From Lama glama (lineage: Eukaryota): a stretch of DNA of 64,000 bases. The stretch is from assembly GCA_028534125.1 (NCBI GenBank), contig CM052818.1:27840001-27904000 (forward strand), given 5' to 3'. This document shows positions 51,660 to 64,000 of this stretch, in pieces. Under the pieces are notes generated by a model. The model was not told the DNA's origin, did not search any database, and was given only the letters and a program-made list of their open reading frames with translations. Numbering within the stretch: the first letter of the stretch is position 1; every line of letters starts with the position of its first letter. The position numbers were made by a program, and so were the translations under genes.

Positions 51660-52440
51660 GAATAGAAGTGAAGATGTTCTTTAGTTATAATTTTGATCCC
51701 ATGAATCGGTGGCAAATGGAATATGTTTGTAAGAAAAATGTCTAATCCTCATGACTTCTAGAGCCTGCCATTAAAGATATTAGGGGCTAGCTTTGTATCT
51801 ATTATCCTATTACCAACTCCACTTTTTATCAGAAAGGTAGAAGTGTCCTTAATTAAAAGCTCTTGTTTAAACAGATAACCAAATTAAAGATATGCTCATT
51901 TAAATTTTTTTCCTGTATTATGTCTGTTGTCTTCTTTTTATTGCTTTTCCAAGCTTGCCTTAGAAGTCTGAAGGTATAGCCAGTTATTCTCTGACTTCTC
52001 AACACTTTATATTATATTCAATTTTGTAACTGATCCATCCCATAGAAACACACTATGTACTCAGATACAGATATTATGCGAATAGTAATTGTAGATTTCA
52101 TTTTAACCATAATTTGAATATGCAGCCTCTATAACCAAAGCCTTCCTATATTTTCTAATACTATCTTTCCAATCCTACTTGAGAAAAAAAGCAGTTCCAT
52201 ATAAAAAATAGCAGCAAAATGAAATTGATCTCTAACTATAATTTAGAGCCCCATGAATCTGTGGTAAATGGAGTAGGTTTAGAAGGAAAATTTATAATCA
52301 TCATGACTTTTAGAGCCTTGCATTAAAAATAATAAGGGGCTTACTTTTGTATCTATTATTTTACTTCCAAATTCTACTTTTTTGAACTACCAGAGCTAGT
52401 GACATAGCATCTTAAAATAAAGCTTAAATTTTTACAGTTA
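51660..52440 (+). repeat. Diverged direct duplication, period about 552 bp
   Basis: 51698-~51830 aligns with 52250-~52385 at roughly 80% identity by eye (cccatgaatc.gtgg.aaatgga...catgactt.tagagcct..cattaaa.ata...aggggct...tttgtatctattat). Confidence 0.9.
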
Positions 52441-55400
52441 TTTTTCAGATTGGTTTTCATTTACACTATGAGGAAAAGGAAAATAAATTTCTATCTTTTT
52501 CTATCTCTAGGTATTTGTGTATGTTTCAATGTAAGAATTAAAAGAAAGACATTATTTATGTGTAAATTAAAACAATATTGTTTTGCAATTACTTGTGATA
52601 AAATTATTTGTGAAAAAAATTATTAATGTAGTATTTCCAGTCCCTGGAACCAATTCTGTGAAGAATCTTTTATTTCCTCCTCTAAAGGCAAGAGGACAAA
52701 GGCCCCTGGAGATGAACTGATTAACCCAGTGTCACCAAGCCAGCAGATGTTCACATGTTCAAAGTTAGCACATTGTTTTATTAAATTACACAAATTGAAC
52801 ATAAAAGAACAAAACCCATCAAGGGTACAGATACTGGTAAATTTAAGGTACTTTTTAGGAACTTTTGGGCCAGGGGAAGTGATTAGGCAAAAAAATTGAT
52901 TATGAAAATAATTAAAATATGTTCTGAATTATCCTTTGCAAAGTAAAAATGACTAAAATAATTGTTCTAGTTGTGGGAATAAAATATAAAAAGTATTTTC
53001 TGCTCATTAAGTATAATTATAAAATTATTCAATAAGAAGTCAAAATGTGCAAAGATGATGGAAACACGGTTATTGATGGAGAGAACATTATTACAGTACT
53101 AAGTGATTTTCTTCTCAGTCCTTGCCACTGTTTTAGTGTTGATTGAAACATAACTGACAGAGAGAGTGCAAGAGGAGAATTTTATGCTCACCACCTGCCC
53201 TAGAGAGCTCAAAGAATTAGGGTGGTTGCAGCAAATTCTAATGGCATGGCGGGAACCACCATAGAATTTTTTTTTTTTTTTTGCAATACCTGAGGTATTT
53301 AGAGAGAGAACAAAGGAACATCCAACTCTCCGCCTCTTTTTTGTCTTATGACAAATTTCTTCTTGATGCAGAGATCATCTTGATCATAAGATAGAAATAA
53401 GAATGGACATTGCAGGCAAAGTAAGGGAAATAGTTAGATATTAGGGAGTGATCCTAGACCTATCTTTGGAGAGCATTCGGTTCCTCATGTTTCACTACTA
53501 AGTAAGGCAAGAAAAGCTCCTGTAGCTTGTCACTCACAATAGAAACCATTATGCTTTAGCCAAAGATTGTGGTTGGGAATAAAGGAATATGCTTTGTGAG
53601 GCTAAGTTTTTAAGTGTTAGTGAGATTTTAACTAAGGGGTTTTAAAAACAATCTTATTAGAGTGAATTCTTACCTGGTTATGTGGGAGATTGTAATCTGA
53701 CTGGAAATTAAAGTCAGAAGTTAGGTCTTGTACTTGAGCAACTAATATGACTGAAAAATTCTTTTTAATGAAAGACCTCACGCTGTAAATTTATGATTCA
53801 CTGCAAACCTCAGATACCTAAAATCTGTCTACACAGTATCTAAGCATGTTGTAATACAACTTCTGAAAAACAATGACAAAGAGAAAAAAAAAATCTTAAA
53901 AACACCCAGAAGTGATCAATTGCCTTTAATAAATGTAATATACCACGTTAATAGAAGAGGGGGAAAAAAACCATATGACCATCTGAATAGATATAGAAAC
54001 ATGATTTGATGAATTAAAAAAAAAACAGATAAAAGTCAAAATTGAAAGAAACTTCCTAAATTTGATAAGGTAATTATGCAAAAAACGATATCAAAAATGT
54101 AATTGAAAGACAAAATGTTGAAAGCTTTCCCTTTCAGGCCTTTGTGAATGGGAATTCTGATATATGTACTTAGGGAGAGAAAGAAATGAACTCAGAAGGA
54201 AGGACTGAGATGCAAGAAAGTGAGATGAAGGAAGCAACTGGTAAACCTCTAAGTACATGTAGATTATCCTGACTAATTAGGCCTAAGATATCAAATAAGG
54301 TAGAAGAAGCAGAAGGGTTGATTTGACTGGCAAGATGACTAGAAAACAAAACTAGATAAATACTGTTTAAAGGGATACACTAATAAAAAAGATAAAATTG
54401 TAAGAATAGAAATATATATGCAAGCAAATAACAACTACAATAGATAAAACTGTAATACTTCCAGACAATTACGCTTAAGGCCAAAATCATTATTAAGCAT
54501 AGGTACTACATGATAAAAGGTATAACTAAGCAGGAATACGAAATTATAATTAGCCTTAATTGTCTGGTCTTAAAAGACACAGCAAAATATTGAGAGAATT
54601 ATATGAAGAAACTGATAAAAGGAACATCATAGTGGCAGAGTTTAACCATCTCTCCATAACTGATAGATTAGGCAGATAAATGTAAGGTTTTGCTCCCAGT
54701 AAAAATTATGTACATTTTTTCCTTAATCTCCCATAAATTACGAAGCACTGACCACACATTAGGCCATAAACTCTCAGAAAATTTCATATCATTTCCGCCA
54801 TAGAGAACACATCTGATTAAAAGGATTATATTATAATAATAAAATAAAAATCTATACCTTTGGTGGGGGAGAAAGAACCCAACTTCTAAGCCATTCATAT
54901 ATCAAAGCATATTTCATAATTGTCATTAGGGAATATTTAGAGCCAGAGAATAACACAAAGGCTACATGTCCAGATTTATGGGATGTTGTATTCAGAAGGA
55001 AACTTATATGCTTAACTGCTCATGTTAGAAGAGTAGAATGGTTGAAAATTAATGATCAAAAATATCTGTCATAAGGATTGAAATTAGGAATAAAAAAATA
55101 AATCAGGAAAAAATCCAAAACAACAAAATACTAACCTACAATGCAGGAAATAATAGGAAAAAAATTTTAAAGTTATTGAAGTACATAGTACAGAGAAAAT
55201 AGAATAGAAACTTTGGCAAGATTGATCAAAGATAAAAAGAGAGGCAGCATAATTAACATTAGGAATGAATAATAGAATATGATCTCAGATAGTATGGAAA
55301 GTTGAAATAATCTTTAAAAATTATAAACAATTTGATGTCCAGGAATTTGAAATCTTAGAAATAATGAATCACTTCCTAGAAAGATAAAATGAAACTACTA

Positions 55401-56189
55401 CCAAAAATGAAATTGGGAGGCATTATAAGACCTAAAGTGAGTTATAACTATTATAATAGTAGAATCTGAAGTTGTCTTCACATAGAAACACAAGCTTCAG
55501 ACATTAAAGGATCAGATGATTACACGCTTAAATAAACTCTTCCAGAGAATACAGAAACAGGAAAAATCTCTTTTAAAGGACTCATTGTGACTTTCATACA
55601 AAATCCTTTAAAAGGTTATAATGTATATGATAATCACAGGCCAATTTCATTCATGGACATAAGTGTAACAGTCCTAAATAAAATATCACCAAGGTGAATT
55701 TTGGGCCCAAGTTGGTTTGATCCTAGGAATGCAAGGATATTTTACCATTAGAAAATCTGTTTAGGTAGTCTACCACTATAATAGATCATACAGAAAGACA
55801 ATATGATTACATCAAGAGGCCAAAAAATTTAAATATTAATCAAACTAGGAATTAAATAAAAACTAAATCCTAATGAGAATGTAGAAATCTCCAAATGAAA
55901 CATAAAAAAGAGGAGACATTAGAAATCATACCAGAATACCTGCTATAACCAGTTCTGTTCAACATAGTACTGGAAACTCTAGTAAGTGCAGTATTATGAG
56001 AAAAACAACAAATATTAAGAGTGAAAAGAAACAAAACTGTCAGTATTCCAGACTGCAAGAGAATTTTCTATAACTTAAAATAATCTCCCAGTAGATTAAT
56101 AAAATTTTTCAGCGCAGCAAGAATAATTCTTATACACTAGCAACATAAATTTGGAGAATTTAATATTTAAAAAGACAGCATTTTCCCTT

Positions 56190-56390
56190 CTAAGTCCGTA
56201 GTTCTCATCACAAGGGAAAACATTTTTTTCTATTTCCTTAATTTTGTATCTATGTGGGATATTGGGTGTTTACTGAACTTACTGTGATAATCATTTCATG
56301 ATGTATGTAAGTTAAACCATTATCCTGTATACTTTAAATTTATACAGTGCTGTATGTCAGTTATATCTCAGTAAAACTGGAAGAAAAAAG
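56190..56390 (+). mobile_element. Laurasiatherian L1 3' end (L1MC1-lineage type)
   Basis: gttctcatcacaaggg...aatcatttcatgatgtatgtaagt...ttatacagtgctgtatgtcagttatatctcagtaaaactggaagaaaaaa. Confidence 0.85.
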
Positions 56391-56483
56391 AATAACATGG
56401 ACAAAAATAAATAAAGATAGAAATGCAGCATTTGTAATAGCAATGAAGTTATCAGGGAATAAATTTAACAAAATAAATGTGAG

Positions 56484-56672
56484 ATCTTGGCCTCTCTCCC
56501 TTCTGAGTGAGATGGCCTGCACTGTGTCAATGGAACGTATAACTCTTTTACTTTAAACTAAGCACCCAAACCCCACACTTAGTGGCCTTTTCTCTTGCCT
56601 TCTGCTACAGCCTGCTCTCAGTCTATGGAGTATGTATTTCTCTGAATAAATCTACATTTACTCAAGAAAAAA
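56484..56672 (+). mobile_element. L1-retroposed polyadenylated LTR-like fragment
   Basis: AATAAA at 56645-56650, A-tail from about 56664, and a perfect 14-bp TSD aaaataaatgtgag (56470-56483 / 56673-56686). Confidence 0.8.
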
Positions 56673-56764
56673 AAAATAAATGTGAGCTCTTTATGGAGAA
56701 AAGTATACATGTTATTGAAACCCAATTTAAAAATTCTAAATACATGTAGTTTTACCAGAGATGA

Positions 56765-57022
56765 AAATGGTTAAAGATTTCTGTATTGTTACTATGTTCT
56801 AGGTAGTATTCAAATGTTTTATACACATTTGTTCATATAATTCCCTCAACTATTGTATGAGGTAGGCTCTTTTATTATTATTATAAATTTACATATAAGA
56901 GCAGGAGATACAGTGATGTTAAATGACTGTCCTTTGTTATCTAGCCATTGTATGGGGTTATAGGATTCAAATCAGCCAACTTTCTCCAGAACCTCTGTAC
57001 TTAACATAGATAATAGTACCTC
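56765..57022 (-). mobile_element. MIR SINE
   Basis: ttactatgttctaggtagtatt...tatgaggtagg...gttaaatgactgtcc...aggattcaaatcag...ctccaga. Confidence 0.8.
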
Positions 57023-58841
57023 TTCAATAAAATATTAAGGTATTCCATTGTTGATGCAGCGTTAGTGAGCTAGAAGGAAATCAATACAAACCTCAGAAAT
57101 AAACTACAAATAAAATATAACTGAAGTGGCATTCTAGATCAGTGACGAAGCATATTTAGTAAATGATAATAGGACAATTGGCTCTCCATATGGAAAAGAA
57201 TGAAAATGGATGCCTATCTCATACCATATGTAGCAATCAATTAACATTTGAGTGGAAAGGAAAAAAACCAAGTTTTTAGGTGATAAAATAAGAGAATATC
57301 TTTAGAATTCGAAGAGCAGAATGATTTCTTTAAAAAGACATGAAATTCCCAAACAGTAAAAGAGAAGTTAATTCTTTCATCAATGTCATTATTTTAAAAA
57401 TGAAAGTTCACATTGTGGAACAGAAGATATTTGCAAACATTGAGAATTTGTAAAATTTGGATTTGTAAACATGATTCATTCTCTATCTCTCATTTATTTA
57501 TAAATTAAACCAACAATCCAGTAAAAAAAAATACATATATGTATATATCCAGGAAGTTAACTGATAATGAAACAAGAATGATCAGTGAGTCTATAAAAAG
57601 ATCCTAATCCTTTCTAGTAATCACTAATGGTCACACATAATCTTGAGGACAAATGAAAGAAGAAAGCACAATATATAATTGTTTGAAATAGTATTCCTTC
57701 ACATTAGTGATGAAAAGGAAACAATTTCTGTTTAATGTATAAAATAACTATGCTATGTTCAATTAATGTACAGAGAAAATTAAAATATAGCTACATGTAT
57801 TTTTCAAATGCAGTGTTTCAATAAAAAAATAGAAGAATGCAAAAATATGATTTACATAAAGTTTCAAAAATTTTCAAGCAAAACAAGATAATGTTTGTCA
57901 AAGTATTGTTATAAAGACATGTAAAGGAATGAAAATTATATAAGTCTGGATAACTGAGACCCTTTGGTGAGTGGGGAGGGTGATGTAGGGATTAGGGTTA
58001 GGTAGAGAAAAAACATCAATCATACTCAGATTGATTTTTGTTGCTGGGTTTTGGGTATCAAAGTTTGTTATGTTATTCTCCGTAGTTTTTATATCAAAAA
58101 TAGTTAATAAGGAATGGGAAAAATCCCAATCAGTATGAAACTAAGAATCCTTCTAAAACCAAACAAGCCAAACCAAATAAACTACTGAATTAAAAATGCA
58201 AATATTTTATACTTGAAAAATGGGATCTACTTAAACCATACACAGGTACACCCAGAAAAATAAATAGCTTTAAATGTTCTTATGAGTAAAGTAGAAGGAA
58301 AAAAATAAAATTAACTGTTAATTTTCGAAGTATGAAATAAGCAACAAAATAAAAATAATTAGAAGGATTAGAAGATAATTTATGAAGATAATAGTTACAA
58401 ATTGAAGTAAATGAATGAATGGAAAGAATAAAAAGACTCTAAATAAAGTAGCAATAAAATACTTAAATTTCTGCAAGCCTACTAAAAGAAAGAAAAAAAG
58501 AGATCGTCAGTATTCAGAATGAGAGGAGTATATGACTAAAGGTATAAAACAGATTAAATAAAAATACCAAAAGTCATTGATTATTACTCTATGGCTATAA
58601 ATTTGAAAATTTAGAACTGCTGTATTAACAAAAGAAAAACTATCAAAATTGATGTAAGGTAAGTAAAAAACTTACCCTATAAACTTATGAAAAACTTGAA
58701 AATATAAAGGCTAAAATGTACAGAAGGAAATAGAATGGTAATTTCAAAATCTAGCAAGTGCAAATTTTACGTATGAATTTACATAACCTTTAAAGCTAAG
58801 TCTCCCAAATAGTGCTCATTGATATACTGATGTGTCTAGAT

Positions 58842-60411
58842 CAGCATTTTTGGGTCTTAGGAACTTGTGCCAGTCTTAAAAATGAATGAGATTCTCCCAA
58901 AGGGCTTTTGTTTTCATGGATTATATCTATCAGTGTTTACTGTTTGAGAAATTAAAAGTGAAAATTTTTTAAATTATTTTATTTCAAGATAACAATAATA
59001 AATACATTGCACATTAACATAAAACATTTTTATGAAAAATTAAAATTGCCAAATCAGACAAGTCACAGGAATGATGTCATTGTTTTACTTAAAAAAATCT
59101 CTTTACTGTCTAATTTAATAGACGAGAACTTGATTATCATATGTGATTTTCTATTCAATCGGTTGCAATATGGTGTTTAGATTAAAATATAAAAAGAAAA
59201 GTTGGCTTCATACAGATATGTAGTTGAAAAAAGGAAGCACATTTTAATAGTTTTTTCACATAATTGCAAATATTTTTTGATACTACACTAAAACTTGACA
59301 GATGGCAGTTTCTTAAAGGTTAGTTTCAATGTGGAATCTTAAACCTATAAAAAAACTTTTCATATTCAGTTAAATTAAACTTTTCATATTTAGTAAAATT
59401 GGCCTGTCTTAGATGTTGAATGAATATTTTATTCATGAAAACTATGCGATACAATGCATTGGTCAAATTGAAAAATATTGGTTTCCTGAGTTAGGCATAT
59501 CTTCCAAATGTTGATGCTTTTCTTTATATAATATAAACCTAACATTAGCTAATGTCACCAGTCATTTAATCAAAAAACCCTTTAACTTGTCAAAGGCTCT
59601 CTACCTTATTGTGGAGGCTACAAATTTTCCAAAATTCTCATTTTTGTTTGAAAGCTTAAATTTCATCATTGGCAGAGGGGAGGGTATGTATAGCTCAAGT
59701 GGTAGAGCACGTGCTTAGCTTACATGAGGTCCTGGGTTCTTTCCCCAGTACCTCCTCTAAAACTAACTAAATAAACCTAATTACCTCCCCCCTAAAAAAA
59801 AAAAATTCATCATTGGCAACAAATACTGAAGTTTTCTTAAAAATGATACGCTTACTTCATTCATTTCTGAGAAAATGTCTGCGAAATAACCTTGTCTGAA
59901 TAATCAGTTTGCCAGTTATTCATTCTTGTAAAACTATGTTTAATGAAAAAGCAGAAATTCAGCCTGTAAATTAAAAAAAAAAAATTGCACAAATGTTGTT
60001 CATTGAGACAACCCCTGCACTTTTGGTATGAAACAGAAGTGCTCTGTATGTATGTCCTATTTTGTCACACAGGCTATTAAAAATATAAAATGAAGGATTG
60101 AGAGTTAATAAAATAATACTTTTATGTTTCACCAAGAACATTTGTGAGACTAGAATCTTTTTTGTCTTTTCCTGTATTGCTGGTGAAAAATGCAATAGAT
60201 ACCAGTACAATTTTGAGCCACTGCTTTGATTCATGATAAAATGTCAGAAGTGTTACCCATTGATGCTTTTGCTTTATTAGTGCAAATATCATTACAGTAA
60301 AATTGTTAAATAGCATCTTATTATTATTATGAAAATTATTTTTACTTTCTGGACCCCTGAAATGGTCTTGAGGACTGCTCAGGGTCAACAGATCACGTTT
60401 CAGAAAATTTG
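58842..60411 (-). mobile_element. Charlie1a-like hAT DNA transposon, near full length
   Basis: Ends ...tcttaaaaat...cccaaagggcttttgttt and tgaaaatta...ggacccctgaaa.ggtct. hAT-Charlie-type target gtctagat (58834-58841) / gtctaggg (60413-60420). About 1.43 kb excluding the SINE. Confidence 0.9.
59675..59805 (+). mobile_element. Camelid tRNA-derived SINE (Vic-1-like)
   Basis: ggggagggtat[gtat]agctcaagtggtagagcacgtgcttagc...gaggtcctgggttc...cccagtacctcc...aaacctaattacctcccc then poly(A). Perfect TSD ttcatcattggca (59662-59674 / 59806-59818). Confidence 0.93.
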
Positions 60412-60424
60412 AGTCTAGGGATAA

Positions 60425-61770
60425 TGGGTCACAAGTGTACTTCAACTTTTGTAGTGATAGAGAAAGGCAAAACTATAAAAATTATTAAAAAAGTAATGGA
60501 GATCTTGCCTTACCAGATTGTAAGAATAGTATAAAGTCTAAAATTTAGAGATACAGGTAAATAGTGTGGCAAAAGACACATAGATCAGTGAATCAGATTA
60601 TAGAGCTGAGGTCCAGAAGGAGATTTAAATATACTCTGTAATAAAATAGGTGAAAATATGGCATTGCAATTAAGTGGGGGAAAAGGTAACTTCTTTAATC
60701 TATGGTACTTTCATAATTGGTCCTAGATACGGTTGGAAAAAGAACCTCAGATACAGATACATATCATGTGTCAAATAAATTCTAGAGAGTCAAAAATAAA
60801 AAAGAAAAATTAAAAAATAATTTAAAAGAAAATTAGGATCATATTTGTGAAAATTTGGAAGGGATCTTCCTAAATAAGACTGACATTAGACTATATACAT
60901 AGGGGTGAAAGGAAACTTACTCCGAAGCAAAAAATAATTAATGCTAGGCTGCCATCCAAACAATATGCAATCATTTATTTACAATAATAAAAACTTCCTA
61001 CAAATTAATAAGAAAAAGGCAAAATACCCAGTAGGACACTAAAGAAATGATATGAACCAACAGTTAGAAAAGGAAATTAAAATGTTTAATAAACTTGAGG
61101 ATTCTCAGTCTTACTCATATTTGGGGAAATATAAATGAAAGCAAAATAAAATAACTATTTTTCACTGTCAAATTGGCAAAATAAAGTATGATAAGTTCCA
61201 GTGATGACAAGAAGAATGAAAATGTATTATGTATTGCCAATGGGGATTATAAATTACCTGTAATATATAAGAAAATAATCTAGCAACATTTATTAAAATA
61301 AAACAAACAAAGATTTTTAAAATTCAGAAATGCTGCTTTCAAGGAGCATTTCCTTTAGTAGTGAAAAAAAGGTGAATAGGAATCGGTGTGTAAGAATGTT
61401 TCAGTCCTGTTTATGGGATCAAATCTTGAAAAATTAAATTCTGAATGTCTTTGAATATGGAATTTTTGGAGTATTTGCGGAATCTCTATCTTGAGATATT
61501 ATGCAACAATTAGACAAAAATTAGATCTGTATGTCTGACTGGAAGAATTTCTGTGTTGAATTAAATAAGAAAAATTAGTAGCAAAATAATCTATAGAATA
61601 TATAATACTATGTATATGTATAAACCTACTTACATACATTCATACATGAGAAAGAAGTTGGAAATTGAGAGGGCAAATAGAGGAAGGTTATATATTTTTT
61701 CTTTTAAATATTTCTGTGTTTGTCACCTGTTATGAGTTTATACATATGTTAAAAAATTTTTCAAACGTAG
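60425..61770 (+). mobile_element. Old L1 ORF2 3' region and 3'UTR (L1ME-like)
   Basis: cttgccttaccagat...gacacatagatcagtgaatcaga...cctacaaattaataagaaaaag...tcaaattggcaaaa. Confidence 0.8.
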
Positions 61771-62139
61771 TGAATATTTTGAAGAAACATTAAACCCAAT
61801 AATTGCCTTATTTCTATCACTTTGCTCTCCATGCAAGTATTATGAAGTGCAAGAAAAGGGAAAATAAAGATAGTTAACTGGATAATTTAGATTGAATTAA
61901 TTTTGGTACCTATGTTAATTTGATGACTGTTCTAAACCATGCACGATGACTCAGGTTATTTCTCCTTCATTTATCAGTTGATCCTAGTATCAAGTTATTT
62001 TCTTAATTATGGGTAATAAGTCCATATATACAATTGGACAAGTACCATTTCACTGTTATTTAGTAGTTCTGCCTGATATTAATCCTGAAGTCTTCCATAG
62101 ACATGTAGAATAGCTAACAATTAAAAAACTTGTTTTTCA

Positions 62140-62950
62140 TTTATTTAGGTATTATTTAATACCTAAAAAAATTTATAGCGTTCTCTTGGAAATTTTGCAT
62201 TCTTTTGTTAGATTTATTCTACAGTACTTAATATTCCCTCATGATATTTTAAATGAGGTATGTAATTATTTTTCTAGTAGTTTGTTGACTGTCAAATGTA
62301 AGTGACTTTGTATATATAATAATTTCATATCCAATTATTTTGCTAAGCTCTCCTATTATTATTTCAATAATTTGTAGATTCTTTTCTACCTTGAAAATTG
62401 AGTTTATTCTTATCCTGTTATGTTGTCTTGGATCTCCAATAAAATATGATAATGTACACTTCTCTTTTATTCCTGATTTGAAAGGAAATAGTTCTAATAT
62501 TTAGAGCCATTTGCTGTGTTTATGTTAATATTTCCCACTAAGAATATTTTTTTTACGTAAAAGAGTGTTGAGTGTTTTGAAATGATTTTACTGCATCTAC
62601 TGTGCTGATCATATATTTTTGTGTCTTTTAACCAGGTAATGTGCTAAATTAAAATTTTTTCTAATATTATAATTTTATCATTTACTTTATAAAATGTATT
62701 GAGATTCTCTTTCTACCTCAATGGTCAATTTATATCCTTCAGCTCATGGTAAGTAGGTATATTCTCTATTTTCAGAAGATTAATTCTTATTATAAACCAG
62801 TGATGTTAATTATAATTTTTAGGTCTTCTCTATCGTTACTTTTTTTTCCTTCACATGTCTTGTGATAGAGCTGGAAGACAAATTAAAAAATTTATACTTT
62901 AAGAGTTTTCTTTCCGTATTTCCTGTAGTCTTAGTTTTCTTTACTTTGAT
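62140..62950 (-). mobile_element. Old L1 ORF2 fragments
   Basis: ttttgttagatttattc...ttcctgatttgaaaggaaa...ctgcatctactg.g.tgatcata. Confidence 0.7.
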
Positions 62951-63149
62951 GCTATCTATATTTGCTACGGAAAGATTAATTTTCACTGTGGCGTGTATTT
63001 TTATATTCATGAAATGTCTGTCACATTTATTTTGCTTGGACACAATTTAACCTAATTTGATGGTAACTTTGTGATCATTATAAATACTCTCTAATAAACA
63101 CACTAATGCATTTAGAAGACTTTCCAGTGGGAAAAGTGAGAATGGAAAT

Positions 63150-63395
63150 TATATAGTATGTAAAGCAGTAAATAGAAGTAAGAAATTAAAGTCTGGAATC
63201 AGTAATTTTCATTAGAATCCCTATTTTGTCAGTTATTGGCAATGGGGTTTTCATGGAAATAAAACTTCTCTAAGTCTTAACATCTTTATTTTAAAATTGT
63301 AATAAAATGTATAACTGATAAGTTGATGTGATGATTGAACTTGTTAAACTATCTAAATCATAGTGCTTGTATACAATATGATTACTATTATTATG
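63150..63395 (+). mobile_element. MIR SINE
   Basis: ctggaatcag...aacttctctaagtctt...taaaat...aataaaat...gttgatgtgatgattgaa. Confidence 0.6.
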
Positions 63396-64000
63396 AACTT
63401 TTTAAGAAAAAATCTTGGCCTTCAGATAGAGTCAGTTTTAGAAGGCAGACAGAAAAGAGATATTCCAGGAAGAGAAAATGGTGTGGACAAGGATTTTAAT
63501 TTGTAAAACACATTTAAGTTAACCTCCTGAGAAAAGTCTATATTAAGGATAGGCGGAAATAGAAAATATAAATGAGTCAGAAACTGTTGAATGATAAGCT
63601 GAGGATTGTTTTTTATTTTGTTATAGTTATTAAAAAAATATTGACCTTCAAAATGGTTCACTTGAATTATGGGATAGAAACATGGTGATGGAAAATATTT
63701 GTCTTTTGCTATACTTTTATGTCTTGACCATATTTCTTGCCAGGAATTTGATAAATATTTTATGACATGCTGCTTTTAGCTGTGCATTTGTTTTATCTTT
63801 TCTGTGTATCTGGCTGCAGGAAAGGCATAATCTTTTAGTGCCAAGTCATAGATAAACTCTGTTTACTGACCTGAAGCTAGAAATTGACCTTGTGGGATCA
63901 ATTATTAGCTGTCTAAAGAAAGATGCATTTGAGGTAAGCTGGACAATGGATTAAAAGATTTAAAAATATTGACTAGTCAGTCCAGTTTTAAAAAGAAAAA

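Larger units (their letters stand above)
53815..58830 (+). mobile_element. Cluster of old L1 fragments (L1ME/L1MC-like) with younger insertions
   Basis: ORF1-like gacaaagagaaaa..atcttaaaa, RT-like catatgaccatct.aatagat..agaaa, ttcaacatagtactggaa..tctag, and 3' region motifs. Confidence 0.8.

Noticed and set aside
53342..53392. Imperfect hairpin tgtcttatga...tcataagata
   Set aside because: It is short, bulged and AT-rich, so it is compatible with chance.
1..64000. CRISPR arrays, operons, rRNA, CpG island or an identifiable host gene
   Set aside because: None was seen. The DNA is mammalian and repeat-rich, and the enclosing gene, if any, cannot be named from the sequence alone.

Overview
AT-rich eutherian non-coding DNA (intronic or intergenic), most likely from a camelid: two tRNA-derived SINEs match the Camelidae Vic-1 family, and I saw no ruminant, pig, carnivore or primate SINEs. 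I found no protein-coding exon I can support. The only protein-like ORFs are decayed L2 endonuclease and L1 ORF1 remnants. Positions 1-44 kb mix old repeats (L2, MIR, MLT1/MLT2 and other LTRs, MER5, MER96) with unique, enhancer-like blocks. Positions 44.8-63 kb are dominated by L1 fragments and include a 500-N gap and a Charlie1a transposon. The most notable structures are four. (1) A perfect 138-bp tandem duplication whose ends fall on splice-acceptor and splice-donor-like signals (7415-7690). (2) A ~76-nt pre-miRNA-like hairpin (31955-32030). (3) An L1-retroposed, polyadenylated LTR-like transcript with a 14-bp TSD (56470-56686). (4) An old ~552-bp-period duplication with a conserved, partly self-complementary core (51660-52440). 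All repeat names come from recalled consensus sequences, not from searches, so subfamily calls and boundaries are approximate.
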